Shown: positions 17,013 through 28,700 of the stretch, piece by piece
How the letters are laid out: each line of letters opens with the position of its first letter
Numbering within the stretch: the stretch's first letter is position 1
NCBI GenBank assembly: GCA_001772335.1
Contig: METM01000024.1
Location: forward strand, 307-64,306
From: a candidate division WOR-1 bacterium RIFCSPHIGHO2_01_FULL_53_15
GTDB lineage: Bacteria; Margulisbacteria; WOR-1; O2-12-FULL-45-9; XYB2-FULL-48-7
Direction: 5' to 3'
DNA: 64,000 nt
Translations under genes and position numbers: made by a program
The notes under the pieces: generated by a model
Told to the model about the DNA's origin: nothing
Databases searched by the model: none
Seen by the model: only the letters and a program-made list of their open reading frames with translations

Positions 17013-20000
17013 TTATAAGGACCCTCCCGGTTTTCTCTTTGGCTTATGCGGCCTGGGTACGAAAGCGAAAAGCAGTTCTCGGGCGCGATCGACCGCCTGA
17101 CGCGTGCCGGCCGACAGATTTTCGCTATAAGCGAACTGCGCGTAAAGGTTCATATAGGCCAGGTTAAGATATTTCTGCTTGGAGCCCTTGAGCGAAATGG
17201 CCTTGACGATCGCCAGCTGATGATAAGTCGAGGCCAGGAGATCGTGGAGATCAAAGAGCGGCGGCTCTTTTTTCTCTTTCGCCGTAGCGGCCGCCTGCTC
17301 CAGTCTTTGGCGGACGCCCGGAGTTTTCGCATCTTTGTTGTCCAGAATGATCTCGGCCCTTTTCAGGATTGCATCTCTCTGAGTGTTATCGCCCTGTTTC
17401 TGGTATTCGGCGGCCATGACGGTGTAGGCCATGGCGAGCTTGAGATCGAATTTGGCCGCCAGGAGGAAGCGGCTGCGCTCCGGCTGGAGCTCGATCATCT
17501 GGCGGATCTCGGGCGTCAGGACGGCCGTCGCCTGCACGAGTTCTTTTATCACCGCCGCCGGGGTTTGGCCGTTCTTGCTATGGATGAGATGAAGATCGGC
17601 CAGGACGAGCGCGGCTTCGATCCTAAGATAGGCCGTGGCGGAGATCTCCCTGTTTTTCATGGCGCCTTCGATATTATCGATCAAGCTCTGGACGCTGGGA
17701 AAATCAATGTCGTAGATGTCTTTTTGGTCATAACATCTTTCACCGTCTTCATCGAGGTTTTTGCACTGGCTGAGCGGCACCTGCCTTGTGACGGTGACCT
17801 CCCAACCGCCGCCCGCGCGGGAGACGGAGGCATCGCTTTTATTGATCTGGAAAGTAATTGGGTCATTGAGCGTGGCCCGCCACCAATAATCTTTCTCATC
17901 TATTCTTGCTTCCGTGATCGTTGCCTGGTTTTTCCGGAGACTCAGGAGTCCCATCAGATTATACGCGTCGCCGTTTAATTCGGGCTGATAAGGCAGGGAA
18001 AAGTCGGGCCGGACCGTGATCTTATAAAAATCGCCCTCGACCAGCGGCTGGTTCGGCGTAATAAACTTAAAAGTTCTCATGAATGGATTGTTCAGCCGCC
18101 TGAAAGTTGAAAGACGCAGCTCGTTGTCGGCCATCTGGATGAGGAGGCCGGCCCGCAGGTCGGCTGCCCGTTCCTCAAATCTGTCATCAAGCTCAGGGGA
18201 GAGCCGGTTCCGCTGGCGCAGGACCGCCTCCCCCTTATCAAGATACGAACCAGCCAGCTTTGTCAGCTCGTCGGCAATGTCCAGACGGAAGTTGAGAATG
18301 GTATTGGCTTGTCTGATCAATTCTCTGGTTGTCCGCAATGAGGTCGTTGAGATAACGTCGGCCAGCGAGAGCCAAAACCCCCTGACCAATTCTTTGCTGT
18401 AGACAAGCTGGTAAAGGTCATAAGAGGCCATGACAGAGTTATAGCCGAAATTCTGCGTGAGCAGCCGATCCGTCTTCTTGATGAATTCAGCCGGCAGGAG
18501 ATCAGGCGCGGCTTTTTGAAGGAGATCTAGTGCTGCTTGAAAAGTCTTTCTTGAATCCTCCTCATATTTCTTGGGGTCATCATTTTTTTGCGAGGTGGAA
18601 AGGACCAAACTGTCGGAGAGCATTTTCAGGGCCAGAGCGATGAGCTGGTTGGCCCGGGCCAGGAAATAGCGGTTGTCGCCGTAGGGCGAGCCCTCAATGA
18701 TCTCGGTAAGACCGGCGTCAAGATAAGCCAGTATCTGGCAGAAGTCCTGATAGCCGGCTTCGTTATACGGCTTGTATGGATTTTCCAGCGCCAGGCCGGC
18801 CAGCCGGAGCAGGTCTTTGCCTTTCAGCACGCGGAAGATCTCGTGACTGCCGGCGTTCATCTCTGCTTCGGTGATGTGGCCGGCCTGATAAGAACTGTCC
18901 AATGACTTCTTGATCTCGTCGACGGAGGCGACGACCTCGATCCCGGAGGTTGCCAGGCTAAGCCCCCGGTTGTTTTTGAGATTGATCTCGGCGACGGCCT
19001 GGAAGAGTTTTTGGCTGACCTCGTAATGGTCCCGTGACGCGTCATAATTTTTTTCTTTGATCAACTGCTGGGCGATCCGGGCATGGAGGTCGGCGGCGAT
19101 GATGATGCCGTTAATGATGGCGTAATATTCGCGGTTGCTGTCACTGCCCTTTGGATTGAGGCGCTTGAGGGCGTCTTCGGCCAGCGCCAGGCCGATCTTG
19201 TAAGTTTCGGAGCGGGCTTCGCGCAGCAGGGAATAGCCCTCGGCAATTGAAAGGAGGAGGCGCGGGTACTCGTAATCCTGGCTGGGGACCTGCGGCGAGG
19301 CAAAGAAACGGGCTTCGATCTTTTTCTGTTCGAGTATCTGATCCTTCAAGCGCCGGCCGAGCCCGATGCTCTTTCTGACCTGCGACTGGTCATTATTCTC
19401 GATCGCCTTCTGGGTATAGACGCGGTGGAGAATGAGCATGTTGTCCCAGAAAGTCGACGGCTGATCGAGATAATCGGCTATGACCGGCGAGATCCCTTTC
19501 ACGATCTTAAGCAGATCCGGATTGACTTCCCGGGTGGTTTTCATGGCATCGCGCAGGAGCGAGAGAGGGTTTAGTTTGAAGCGGGCGACCGCCTCGAGCA
19601 GTTGTTCCACCGTCTTGAGCGGCAGATCGCCGCGCATCAGCCGGAGAGCCAGCTTCTTCTCGTTGAGTTTTCTGAGATGGACGCGCCGGTCGAAAATATC
19701 GCCGATGGAGCGTTTGATCTTTAATTCCTTGGCCGATAATTTGTTCGGGTCGACGACCGCGCCGTAGGGCGTAGCGTACGGCGGCAGGTCGCGCTCTTCG
19801 GGATAGGCGGAGAGGCAGTTGTCTCCCTTCTGCGGCGGCCGGCAGACCCGCTGGCCGATCTGCGAGGGGAGAACAAAATCCGGGATCTCCCGGATAATAG
19901 CGTTAGGGTTGGGGAGCGGCGCGGGCGGCGCCGGCAAAGGGTAAGGAGCCAGATTGGGATTATTTGCCAGTTTGGCGGGACGAAAATCGAATTGATCATT

Positions 20001-21077
20001 GTTCAGAGAAGCGAGAAATCCTTGAAATGGCTTAATGAGCCCGCCTTTTAGCGGTGTTATATGGGTGGCATAGACCGCGTCTTCCGGCACGTTATAGTAA
20101 ATGCTTAAGATCGGCTTGATGCCTTTGGCTTTCAGGGCCGGATGGGTGCCGTTAAAGACCGAAATGATCGACGGGAACTGCCAGTCAACTTTTGCCCCGG
20201 CTTCGCCGATGCCGTACGGGAGTTTAAGTAATTTGGTTTTTGGGCGATCGGGATGGCTTTTGTTGTATTTCTCGAGATCGTCGTTGTATTTGTCGATCTT
20301 TTCATCCATTTGAATAAAAGAGCGCGCCAGCCAATCGCCCACCTGGCCGCATTCCTGGGCGTGTAAGGGGCAATACGAATCAAAAAGAATAATGCCTATT
20401 TTGTTGGCGCCGTCGGCCGGATAGCCCGGATCGGTAGGCGGATAATATTGGAAAAAGTCAGCCTCTTCATTGATCCCGCCTTGGGCGATATTGGGGCGCA
20501 GGACGTGAAAATTCACGCCCCAGAGCGCATTCTCGACTTTTTCTTCGTTCGCTATTTTGAGAAAGTTATTAAAGGCCCGCTTATATTTTGTCGGCCCGTT
20601 GACCGAGGTTAATCCAAAATCTCCCGCATCTCCCCAGGGATACCAGTAATAATGGCCGGGCCGCTCGTCAAGCTCGCCAAAACTCCGGCCGTTCATTTCG
20701 TGGCCGATCGGATGGATCAATACTGGCACGCCGGCCGCTTTTACGCCGGCTAGGAAGCGCCGGATGATCGGATCATATTGGCCGCTGATGAGCCAGTCGA
20801 GATACCGGTCATTTTTGCGGTTGCATTCCATTTTGATGAAAGTGAGTATGCCTTTCTCCCAATTCAGCCGGACTTCTTCGACGGGGAACTGCCAGGCGTC
20901 CTCGATCTGCATAAAAATGACCTTGACATCGACATGGCCGATCTCTTCGTCGAATTTCTTTTCCCCTTCGCGGCTGATCACGGCGCTATTGACGGTGCCG
21001 CTTAAGGGGCCGCTGTCCTGGAAATTGATCATTTTATAGCCGGTGCCGGTTGGCCCGAGGGCCGAAAGTTCGCTCAT
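17013..21077 (-). CDS. 1354-aa protein: N-terminal GH26-like glycoside-hydrolase domain fused to a ~1000-aa helical solenoid
   Basis: aa ~60-330 carry VLIHPIGHEMNGRSFG...YYWYPWGD (compare GH26 RPLHEMNG-W-WWG, the acid/base Glu) and LPYGIGEAGA (a nucleophile-type xxE-G). The rest is helical and repeat-like. ATGA overlap with the upstream 529-aa gene; 12-nt gap to the next gene. Confidence 0.6.
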   Translation of the reverse strand: MSELSALGPTGTGYKMINFQDSGPLSGTVNSAVISREGEKKFDEEIGHVDVKVIFMQIEDAWQFPVEEVRLNWEKGILTFIKMECNRKNDRYLDWLISGQYDPIIRRFLAGVKAAGVPVLIHPIGHEMNGRSFGELDERPGHYYWYPWGDAGDFGLTSVNGPTKYKRAFNNFLKIANEEKVENALWGVNFHVLRPNIAQGGINEEADFFQYYPPTDPGYPADGANKIGIILFDSYCPLHAQECGQVGDWLARSFIQMDEKIDKYNDDLEKYNKSHPDRPKTKLLKLPYGIGEAGAKVDWQFPSIISVFNGTHPALKAKGIKPILSIYYNVPEDAVYATHITPLKGGLIKPFQGFLASLNNDQFDFRPAKLANNPNLAPYPLPAPPAPLPNPNAIIREIPDFVLPSQIGQRVCRPPQKGDNCLSAYPEERDLPPYATPYGAVVDPNKLSAKELKIKRSIGDIFDRRVHLRKLNEKKLALRLMRGDLPLKTVEQLLEAVARFKLNPLSLLRDAMKTTREVNPDLLKIVKGISPVIADYLDQPSTFWDNMLILHRVYTQKAIENNDQSQVRKSIGLGRRLKDQILEQKKIEARFFASPQVPSQDYEYPRLLLSIAEGYSLLREARSETYKIGLALAEDALKRLNPKGSDSNREYYAIINGIIIAADLHARIAQQLIKEKNYDASRDHYEVSQKLFQAVAEINLKNNRGLSLATSGIEVVASVDEIKKSLDSSYQAGHITEAEMNAGSHEIFRVLKGKDLLRLAGLALENPYKPYNEAGYQDFCQILAYLDAGLTEIIEGSPYGDNRYFLARANQLIALALKMLSDSLVLSTSQKNDDPKKYEEDSRKTFQAALDLLQKAAPDLLPAEFIKKTDRLLTQNFGYNSVMASYDLYQLVYSKELVRGFWLSLADVISTTSLRTTRELIRQANTILNFRLDIADELTKLAGSYLDKGEAVLRQRNRLSPELDDRFEERAADLRAGLLIQMADNELRLSTFRRLNNPFMRTFKFITPNQPLVEGDFYKITVRPDFSLPYQPELNGDAYNLMGLLSLRKNQATITEARIDEKDYWWRATLNDPITFQINKSDASVSRAGGGWEVTVTRQVPLSQCKNLDEDGERCYDQKDIYDIDFPSVQSLIDNIEGAMKNREISATAYLRIEAALVLADLHLIHSKNGQTPAAVIKELVQATAVLTPEIRQMIELQPERSRFLLAAKFDLKLAMAYTVMAAEYQKQGDNTQRDAILKRAEIILDNKDAKTPGVRQRLEQAAATAKEKKEPPLFDLHDLLASTYHQLAIVKAISLKGSKQKYLNLAYMNLYAQFAYSENLSAGTRQAVDRARELLFAFVPRPHKPKRKPGGSL

Positions 21078-22663
21078 GGCTGGCTCCTGTCTTTTCGCAT
21101 TTCATCGCGGATGCGGTTCTTGACGCTGTCATCAAGATCGAGGACAAAGTCGAGCAGGTGGTCGACGACATAATTGAGCCGCTCCCGCGGCGTCTTGAGA
21201 GCGCGGATGTCAAATTCGTATTTGACGGGCGTGTTATCCTGCAGGGCGACATCGCGCAGGCCGAGCTCAAGTCCTAAATTGCCGATGGCGGCTTTGGGGG
21301 TGGGATCCCAATCAAAGCCGACCCCGCGCGCGGTCCGCGAAAACCGGCTTTCTTCCCTGACCAGGAGGCCGAGGGCCTCGCGCAGGTCGGCGTATTTCGG
21401 CTGATAGAGCTTGTCCCAGTCGATATATTTTTCAAATTCCGCCGCGGGATCAAATTCCGTCGCGGGATCGGGTTCCGCCGCGGGATCGAGGGGAAAAAAA
21501 CAGGCGATCAGGATGCCGAAGAACGCCTCGAGGCCGATCTTCAAAAAACCGCCGTATTTGCGGGTGGTCTCCGGCCGGTCGAAAAGAATGACTTTATAAG
21601 CGCTGATCGCATCCTCGGCGGTCAGCTTATCCCTGGCTTTGATGTGGGCGTTCAGCAATTCCGCGGTCAGCTCGTCAAAACGCAGGTCTTTCCGGCTCAT
21701 TTCGTCGACCCACCAGAGAGCCGGGAGAAAGCGGCCCTGTTTTTCGCCGGACCAAATGACGCTCTTTGCCAGCAGATCCAGGACATTCGACTCGGCAAGT
21801 CCCCGCGAAGGGGGATTGAAGATATAGCGATAGCCCTTGAAGATGCGGATCTGGTTGAGATAGCCCTCGCGGGAGATATCGTCGATGCCGTGGCTTGCGA
21901 GGCAATCCGGGTTGTCCAACATCGCCTCGATCTCATTGGAGAACTCGATGGCGCCGCCGGGATTGTGCAGGCTCAGGGCCTGCAGGAGAAAAAGCTGGGT
22001 CTGGATGTAGTCGTGGACGGGATAAACCTGGTGCGATTTCTTCTCGGCATAAGGCAGGTGCCGGAGCTGGCTGTGGTCGACATTGGTCGCCAGGTTATAG
22101 CGGAGGAACTGCTCGGCGAGGGTCAGGTATTCCGGTTTCGCGCTGATGAAGAACATGTCGATCGCCCACCGGGCCGCGGTCATGAGCAGTTTAGCGTCTC
22201 TTTTGGGCATATCCATTTTGAACGGCCGGTCGATCAGGAAGCCGCCGTCCATTTTGCCGAAACCGTCGACAGCGAGGATTTCGAGGGCGTCAATCACACC
22301 CGCCGGCCGATACGGTTCGCTCTCCTTGCGGCAGAAATCCTGCCGCCGGCCTGTCAGCTCCTCTGCCTTCGCCTCGGCCGCGACCAGGCCGCTCTCCACG
22401 GCGGCGTTGGAAATTATGTCGGTAATATAGCCGATGACGCGCGCCCTTTCATTCCGTAGCAGGGTGCGGTTCCGCTCAAGCAGGCAGACGTGATAATCGG
22501 TCTCGCTCCCGCCTTTTTTTTGGACGCATTCGTCGGGGACGGAGAGCTGGCCGCGCTGGAAGTTGGTCACGCTGGGTTTGTGAAAATATATATTCCTTGT
22601 GTCAATGCCGCCGCCGCCGTTTTGGTAAACGGGGATGGCCGGCAACTCTGATATGTTGGTCAT
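21074..22663 (-). CDS. 529-aa hypothetical protein with one predicted TM helix and an acidic Pro-rich tandem repeat
   Basis: The ORF follows promoter copy P3 and SD GGAAAGGG. Single hydrophobic segment FLKIGLEAFFGILIACFFPL, followed by DPAAEPDPATEFDPAAEF. I recognise no family. Confidence 0.6.
   Translation of the reverse strand: MTNISELPAIPVYQNGGGGIDTRNIYFHKPSVTNFQRGQLSVPDECVQKKGGSETDYHVCLLERNRTLLRNERARVIGYITDIISNAAVESGLVAAEAKAEELTGRRQDFCRKESEPYRPAGVIDALEILAVDGFGKMDGGFLIDRPFKMDMPKRDAKLLMTAARWAIDMFFISAKPEYLTLAEQFLRYNLATNVDHSQLRHLPYAEKKSHQVYPVHDYIQTQLFLLQALSLHNPGGAIEFSNEIEAMLDNPDCLASHGIDDISREGYLNQIRIFKGYRYIFNPPSRGLAESNVLDLLAKSVIWSGEKQGRFLPALWWVDEMSRKDLRFDELTAELLNAHIKARDKLTAEDAISAYKVILFDRPETTRKYGGFLKIGLEAFFGILIACFFPLDPAAEPDPATEFDPAAEFEKYIDWDKLYQPKYADLREALGLLVREESRFSRTARGVGFDWDPTPKAAIGNLGLELGLRDVALQDNTPVKYEFDIRALKTPRERLNYVVDHLLDFVLDLDDSVKNRIRDEMRKDRSQP
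21434..21487 (-). repeat. 3 x 18-bp in-frame tandem repeat (encodes DPAAEP/DPATEF/DPAAEF)
   Basis: Plus strand: aaattccgccgcgggatc / aaattccgtcgcgggatc / gggttccgccgcgggatc. Confidence 0.75.
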
Positions 22664-22686
22664 ATTACACCCTTTCCTTCTATAAT

Positions 22687-22716
22687 ATTATCGTCAAGAA
22701 CTGGCAAAAATTTCAC
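22687..22716 (-). promoter_or_regulatory. ECF-like promoter motif copy P3 (TGAAAT-N16-CGATAA)
   Basis: Minus strand: GTGAAATTTTTGCCAGTTCTTGACGATAATATT. The TGA inside GTGAAA is the stop codon of the 2154-aa gene. Spacing is confirmed by track ORF 22597..23109 (YNIIVKNWQKFH). Confidence 0.5.
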
Positions 22717-25700
22717 GATTTCGAAGGGAGTTTTTCCCGAAGCTTTTCCGCCAATATTTTCCAGACCAGGCTGCTCTTTTTGGCGGGTGAAGCTATGATT
22801 TTTTGCAGAAGGCCGATCGCTTTTTCATTCTCGCCATTCTCCGCGTGGCCTAACGCCGCGACGTATTCATCGCCCTGCCGGTTGGAGTCGGCGTTGTGTT
22901 TTTTCACGGCGGCTGCGCGTTTTTGCCTGAATTTCAGGGGCCCGTATTCATTTGATTTATTCTGCGAATTGCCGGTCTCGCACTGCTTGATGAACCAGAG
23001 CCCGCCCCAATTCCAGCCGGCGGCGGCGAACGCCCAGCCCAAACTGATGAGGGAGCCCTTGTCGAAAGGATTGAAGCCGTACCTGACCCCGTCGGGCACG
23101 ACCTGGTAGAAGTAATAGGAGGCGGCTAACAGGTCGGCCCCGATAAGATATTTGAGGAAGGTCTTGTTCTCCTGCGGCACGGTCGAGGCCTTGCCGAGCG
23201 CGGTGACGACGAAGGCGCCGTACTGCCAGCCCTTGCGGAATAGATTGATAATGCCGCGCAGGGCGGGGTACATGAAGGCCTGGTTCATGGCAGGCCCGAT
23301 GAACATGGACCAGGTCAGCGGCCCATGATCGCTGGCTTCGGTATTGCGGCCGAGCATCTTCCTGGTGTAACTGTAGTTGGCGATGCCGAGAGCGAAGTCG
23401 AGCGCCCACGAAGCCATGAAATAGGGATCGTAGAAATAGGGCATGATCTTGCCGAGACTGAAGAGCGAGACGACGGGCGAGACCTGGCGGGCCAGCTCCG
23501 CCTTGGGGTATTCGTACCAGCTCCTGAACATGAGGTGTTCGTATTTCTGTTTCCAAGTGTCGGCGATCGGCTTGCCGCCCAGGAACTTGCGGATCTCTCT
23601 CAATTCATAGGGGATCAGGACATCCCGGGCCTGCGCGAGGGCGGTATTGTAGCGATTGTTATCCTGATTGTTAACCTGGTTGTAGGTGGTCGGGTGGGAC
23701 TCGAAGGCGGTGGTCTTGACGTGATATCTTAATTTATAACCCAGGGCTAAGGCCAGGGCCAGTACCCCCTGCTCGTCTTCGGAAACGCCCGAGAGCCAAC
23801 CCAGGTTGCGGTTGTAGAGGACAAGCTTGACGAAGTTCTTTTTGTGGACCGCCTGCTCGTAGGCGCCGACGCGGTCAAGCAGAGGCGCGGCGGCCAGCAT
23901 GGCCCCTTTGGGCAGGCCCATCGCGGCCTCGACCATCTCAAAGAGCTGACTGTGTTTGGTGACGAACTGGGTGCCGTTCTCGATCGGCTTGCCGCTGTAT
24001 TTGCCGTTGGCGTCGCGGTCGTGGGTCTTGCCGAGCTGGAGGGACCAGGCGCGGAAAAGGCGCCCGGGCGGGCTGGCCTCGGAAAAGAGCTCGCGGCCGA
24101 TACCGTAGAAATATTCGTCGCGGAACTGCGCCTGCCAGGTGGGAAAGAAGGCCTCGTCTTCGTAGGTGGCGCCGACCTGGCGCTGGCCGTGCACCACGCT
24201 GTGGAACTCGCCGTTGATGAACTCGGGGCGGAGCGTGTACATGATCTCGACGCCGATCTTTTCGGCTTTTGTTAGGTCGGCGGGGAGGAATTTGCGCAGG
24301 GCGGTTTCGATCGCCGCGGAAACGGCGCCCAGGTCATCGGCTTCGAACTTCGTGTCGCCGTTGTCAGTCCGATCCGGTTTTTTAAAGCCCATAGCGTGGA
24401 ATTTTCCGTCGGATTTATTGTAGCGCAGAAAATAGGTCAGCCGCGGCAGGCCCTCTAACGCCGGCAGGGCGGCGTTGAAATATTTTGTCTTGCCGTTAAT
24501 AGTCAGCGCGACGGCCGCCTGGTCGGGGGTCGGGATATAAGAGATCGGCTTGGTCAGCGAGAGGGGGAGCCACTTTATCGTCTTGCCGACCCTGACCCTG
24601 GCCGCGGAGGTGGGGATGGAGAAGAACATTTTTGCCGGCCGCTCGCCCGCGAGTTCTTGGGGGACCCGATCGAGCTTGACTTTTTCCACCCGCGTCAGGA
24701 TCAGCTTGATCTCGCCCTGGCTCTTGATGAGGCGCGGGCGGTATTCTCGGGTCCCTTCATAGTTGTTGGCGTCATTTTGATAGAAATCTTCCTGGCGACC
24801 CATGTGCCTTTGAGGGTTGGCCAGGAACTTTTTGCCTTCGAGATCGAGGAGATCGGCCGCGTCGAGTGTGAGACCGGTATCTTTGCCGTCTTCACCAAAA
24901 AGGCGGAGGGCGCCGTCGGCCTCAAGCCGGGTGGTCAGGTCATCTTTTTCGAGCCGCCAACTCAAGTCCTGATATTTCCCCTTGATCTTGACGTCGGGCA
25001 GGTCGTAAAGATTGGCCGGCAGGGTATAGACAAAATACGGATCGTCCATGATGGAGTCGCGGCGGCGCAGTTTGACGAAAGTCAGCGCGCCGTCTTCCCC
25101 GCGTATCACTTCGAGCGTTTTTCTGGCTTCGGCCGGGTCGGCGAGCGAGCGCGGCAAGTCCCGCAAAGGCACGATCGCCTCTGAACCGTCAGCCTTTCTG
25201 ATGTGGAGCAGGCCGTTCATTTTGAGGGCGCCCTGGCCGAGCTCTTCGGTGTGCTTATCGTCTTGGACCGGCGACCAGGTTTGGCCGGCCGGATCGTAGA
25301 ATATCTTGCCGGAAGCGTTGATCTCCAGCGCTTCAAGCTCTTCGGCGGAATCAACGCCGGCGAATTTCTTTTCGACGGGGAGGGTCTCGCAATTGGTCAG
25401 CAGGGTCGTGAAAGCGATCCGTTTGTTGTCGTCGTAAGTCAGCTTGCGGACGATAAAACCCGGGTTAAAGGGTTGTTTGGCCTCGCGGTCAAAATCGAGA
25501 AAAGCGAATCGGTGGCGGTTGTAGAACTGGTCGGCGTCTTTGTCCTCCGGATCGCGGTAGTTGTCGCCGTAGTCAGCCACCAGCCAGGTGGCGGCGCCGG
25601 TGCGGTCGGCAAAAACATCGAACCTGATGTCGTATTCACGGCCGGCTTCGGTGAATGTTTGGATCTTCTCTTTCGGATGCAGGTGGATGGGATATTCGGT

Positions 25701-28700
25701 CTTGACCCGGCCGAGATAGAAATGTTCTTGCGAATAGGCCTCGAGATAGCGCGCGCCGCGCTCGTTGGCCTTAATCCGGCCATAAGCGGCCTCTTTCCAG
25801 AAATCCTTGCCGTGAAAACCCGCCTCTTGCCGGTCTTCCCTGATAAAGCTGTCGCGGCTCTCAGGATACGGAATGTTGAAATCCTGGCCGTCCGCCGTTT
25901 TGTAGCGGATGCCGACAGAGGCGTCCTGGTAGCGCCAGCCCATGACCCAGTCGATCAGGCGCGCCGGGTCGGGATTGGGGAAATCGGCCTTGAGCGCGTC
26001 CTGGTTGACGACGCGCAGGAGCATGTCTTTGCGGGCGGTATGTTCGAGCTCGGCCGGCAGTTCGCGTTCGCTGTTGATGACAATGTACGCCTCGTCGCAG
26101 ATGTTGTAATACTCGGCGGGGGCAAGGACGAGCACCTCCGGTTTGTCGATAAACCAGAGAGCGCCCTTTTCGGCGAACCGGTCGTATTCTTTGCCGCCGT
26201 ATTCGGAGCGTCCCCAGTCCCTGAACACCTCCTTAAAGCCGGCCGGCGCGTCTTTTTCCCCGGCGATCCAGGTCAGATTGTCGCGGGCGATCTTTAGGCC
26301 GTGCCAGTCGATCAGGTGCTGTGGCGGAAGAACCTTCTCATTGCTGTAAAAGCCGCGGACGCCGCTAAGCGCGTGGCCGGCGACGGTCAGGTCGAACTCT
26401 TTTTCGTGGGCCTCGGGCGGCGTGTTGTTGACGAGCTTGAGCTCATTGGACATCGATCGCGAGAAGGGGAAAATTTCGAGCATATCTTCCCGCCTGACCC
26501 AGAGATATTTGTGGTTTTCGGGCGCCGAGCCAGGCCGGTGGTTGTAGTTCGGATTTCTAAGCCGGACGTGGGTGGCCGGAACGTTATGAGCGGCTAAATC
26601 GTAACCGGCGTCTTCGGGCGAGCTTCGCTCCCGCTCCTTGAGCTGCAAGACCTGGTAGAAGGTGTCGCCCAGACGGGTCTCGGGGGTCGAGAGGTTGGCG
26701 GTCTTTGTCTTATAGTTGTCGTCTCCGGTGTCGAACTTGCGCACGCTGTGAATGATCTCGACCGAAAAGATATCGAGCACTTCCCGGTAGAGTTTGAGCA
26801 GTTCATCATGAGAGATGGCGCCATGAGCGACTTTTAGCCGCAGGCCGCGGGCCTGCTCGCGGAAAAAGAGGCCGCGATACCTGATCGCCTCGTAGGTCAT
26901 CCGGATAAAGGGCTCTTCGCCGTTAAGATCGAACCAATCCTTTGTTATCGTTTGCGTGGCCGGATCTTTGCCCTGCGCGATCATTGCCCGCAGGCGGGGA
27001 ATGTAGGCGTCCGGGGCTTTAATATCATAATAGAGCCGGCCTAACTTCTCAAATTCGCCGATTAGCGCTTCGGCGGCCGCTTTGTCCTGTTCCGGCGTCG
27101 CGCCGGTTTCGGGCAGTTTCAGATAACATTCTTGGAATTTGTCATAGATCTTGTCGCGCTCGTCGCAGATGAACTTTTGCGCCGCCCCGGCGTTACGCAG
27201 GTCCTTGACGTTCTTGATGTCGCCGTAGGGCGGGGTTTCGCCGCAAAGCAAGACCTCGACGAACGGATACTCCTGCATCAACATATTGACAAATTTAGAT
27301 AAATTGCGCTCCGGCTCTTTGATGTAGGCGACCAGGCGGGTGCAGAAAGCGGTCATCTTTTTGCGCATCGAATCGGAGATATAGGGCTCTTCCTGGACGT
27401 TGAAGAGCGAGCGCTTCTGGTTGATGGCCGAGCCGATAGCGGCGGGGCCGGAGTGCCAGTCGGCGAAGAGAGTCCAGCCGCCGAAGTAGGCGGTCGCCAG
27501 GTCAAGGAAACAGGCGAGCGGGTCTTTGACGCCCAGGGCGGTCAGGGCCAGCAGTCCGCCGTATTTCAAGCCCAGGCCGCTGACATACTCCACCCCCATC
27601 TGGTGCATGGTCGAATATCTGATCCGGTTGGCCGTGCGGAAAGCGGAGCGCAGTTTATTGACCAGGTCGTCTTCCGCGCGCAGGCAGCGCTTGAGCCGCT
27701 CCCGCAAAGCCGCGGCCGCGTCGTCTTTCAGGAAGACGGGGAGGTTGCCGAGCAGGATCATTTCGTCCTCCGGTTTTTCCATGACAGTCGCGACAAGCTT
27801 TTCCAGGTCCTCGATATCCCGTGTTTCATTCATTAGCGCCTCGGTTTTGATCAGGCCGCGGAGGATCTCCATTAACCGCGGAAATTCCCCATCGGGGTGT
27901 TGGTCGTTTATCGCTTCCATGACCAGCCGGGCCTTTTCGCCCTGGATCTGCTTGATAAGATTTTCATTTAGAGTTTTGAGCGCTTTGTCCCTGGAGATGT
28001 CTTTGGTGCTCGGGGCTTCGATCCTGCGGATCCGCTCGCCGTCTTTGAGCTCAAAGTAGATCTGGTTATCCGTCCCTTTTTCGGCCTGGATCTTGACGGT
28101 GCGGCCGTCGCTCAGTTTCGCCTCCCGGTAATTCAAATGATCAACGCGCGCCTTGAGGCGGTTTGACCACTCTTCCGTCTTTCGCTCGCGCCAGTGACTG
28201 TCGAGCCAGGGATTGAAGCGCGCAACCAGGCCGACCCCGAGTGCGGCAAAGCCGGGCAGGGAGCTGAAATAATGATCAAGCAGGGCGCCGGCGCCGAAGA
28301 TCGTGAAGGTCAGCGACCGCCACGCGGTGTAGTTGATCTTGAGCAAGATCTGCGCGTTGGCTAAGCTCATCGCGGTGACGATCTGCCTCTTTGAGTAGGG
28401 AAGATGCAGTGTCGCCATCCGGCTGTTGAACGCGCTTCTGATCTGCAGATAAGTGACGCCCGCCGTCAGGGCGGTGACCCCGCCGATGAACGGGAGATAG
28501 ACGGAGCTGAAAGCGTCTTTGAAGTCGTCCCACCAGCCGCCGGGCGTATGATGGGCGGCCACCCCGCCGTAGAGCATATTAGCGGCGACAAAGACGGGGG
28601 TCAGGAGCGTGCCGAATTTTAAGATCTTGCCCCACTTTGAATGAGGGTCTTTTATCTCATGGGCGAAAAGCGTGCAGGTGATGGCCCCGGCCGTGCCGGG

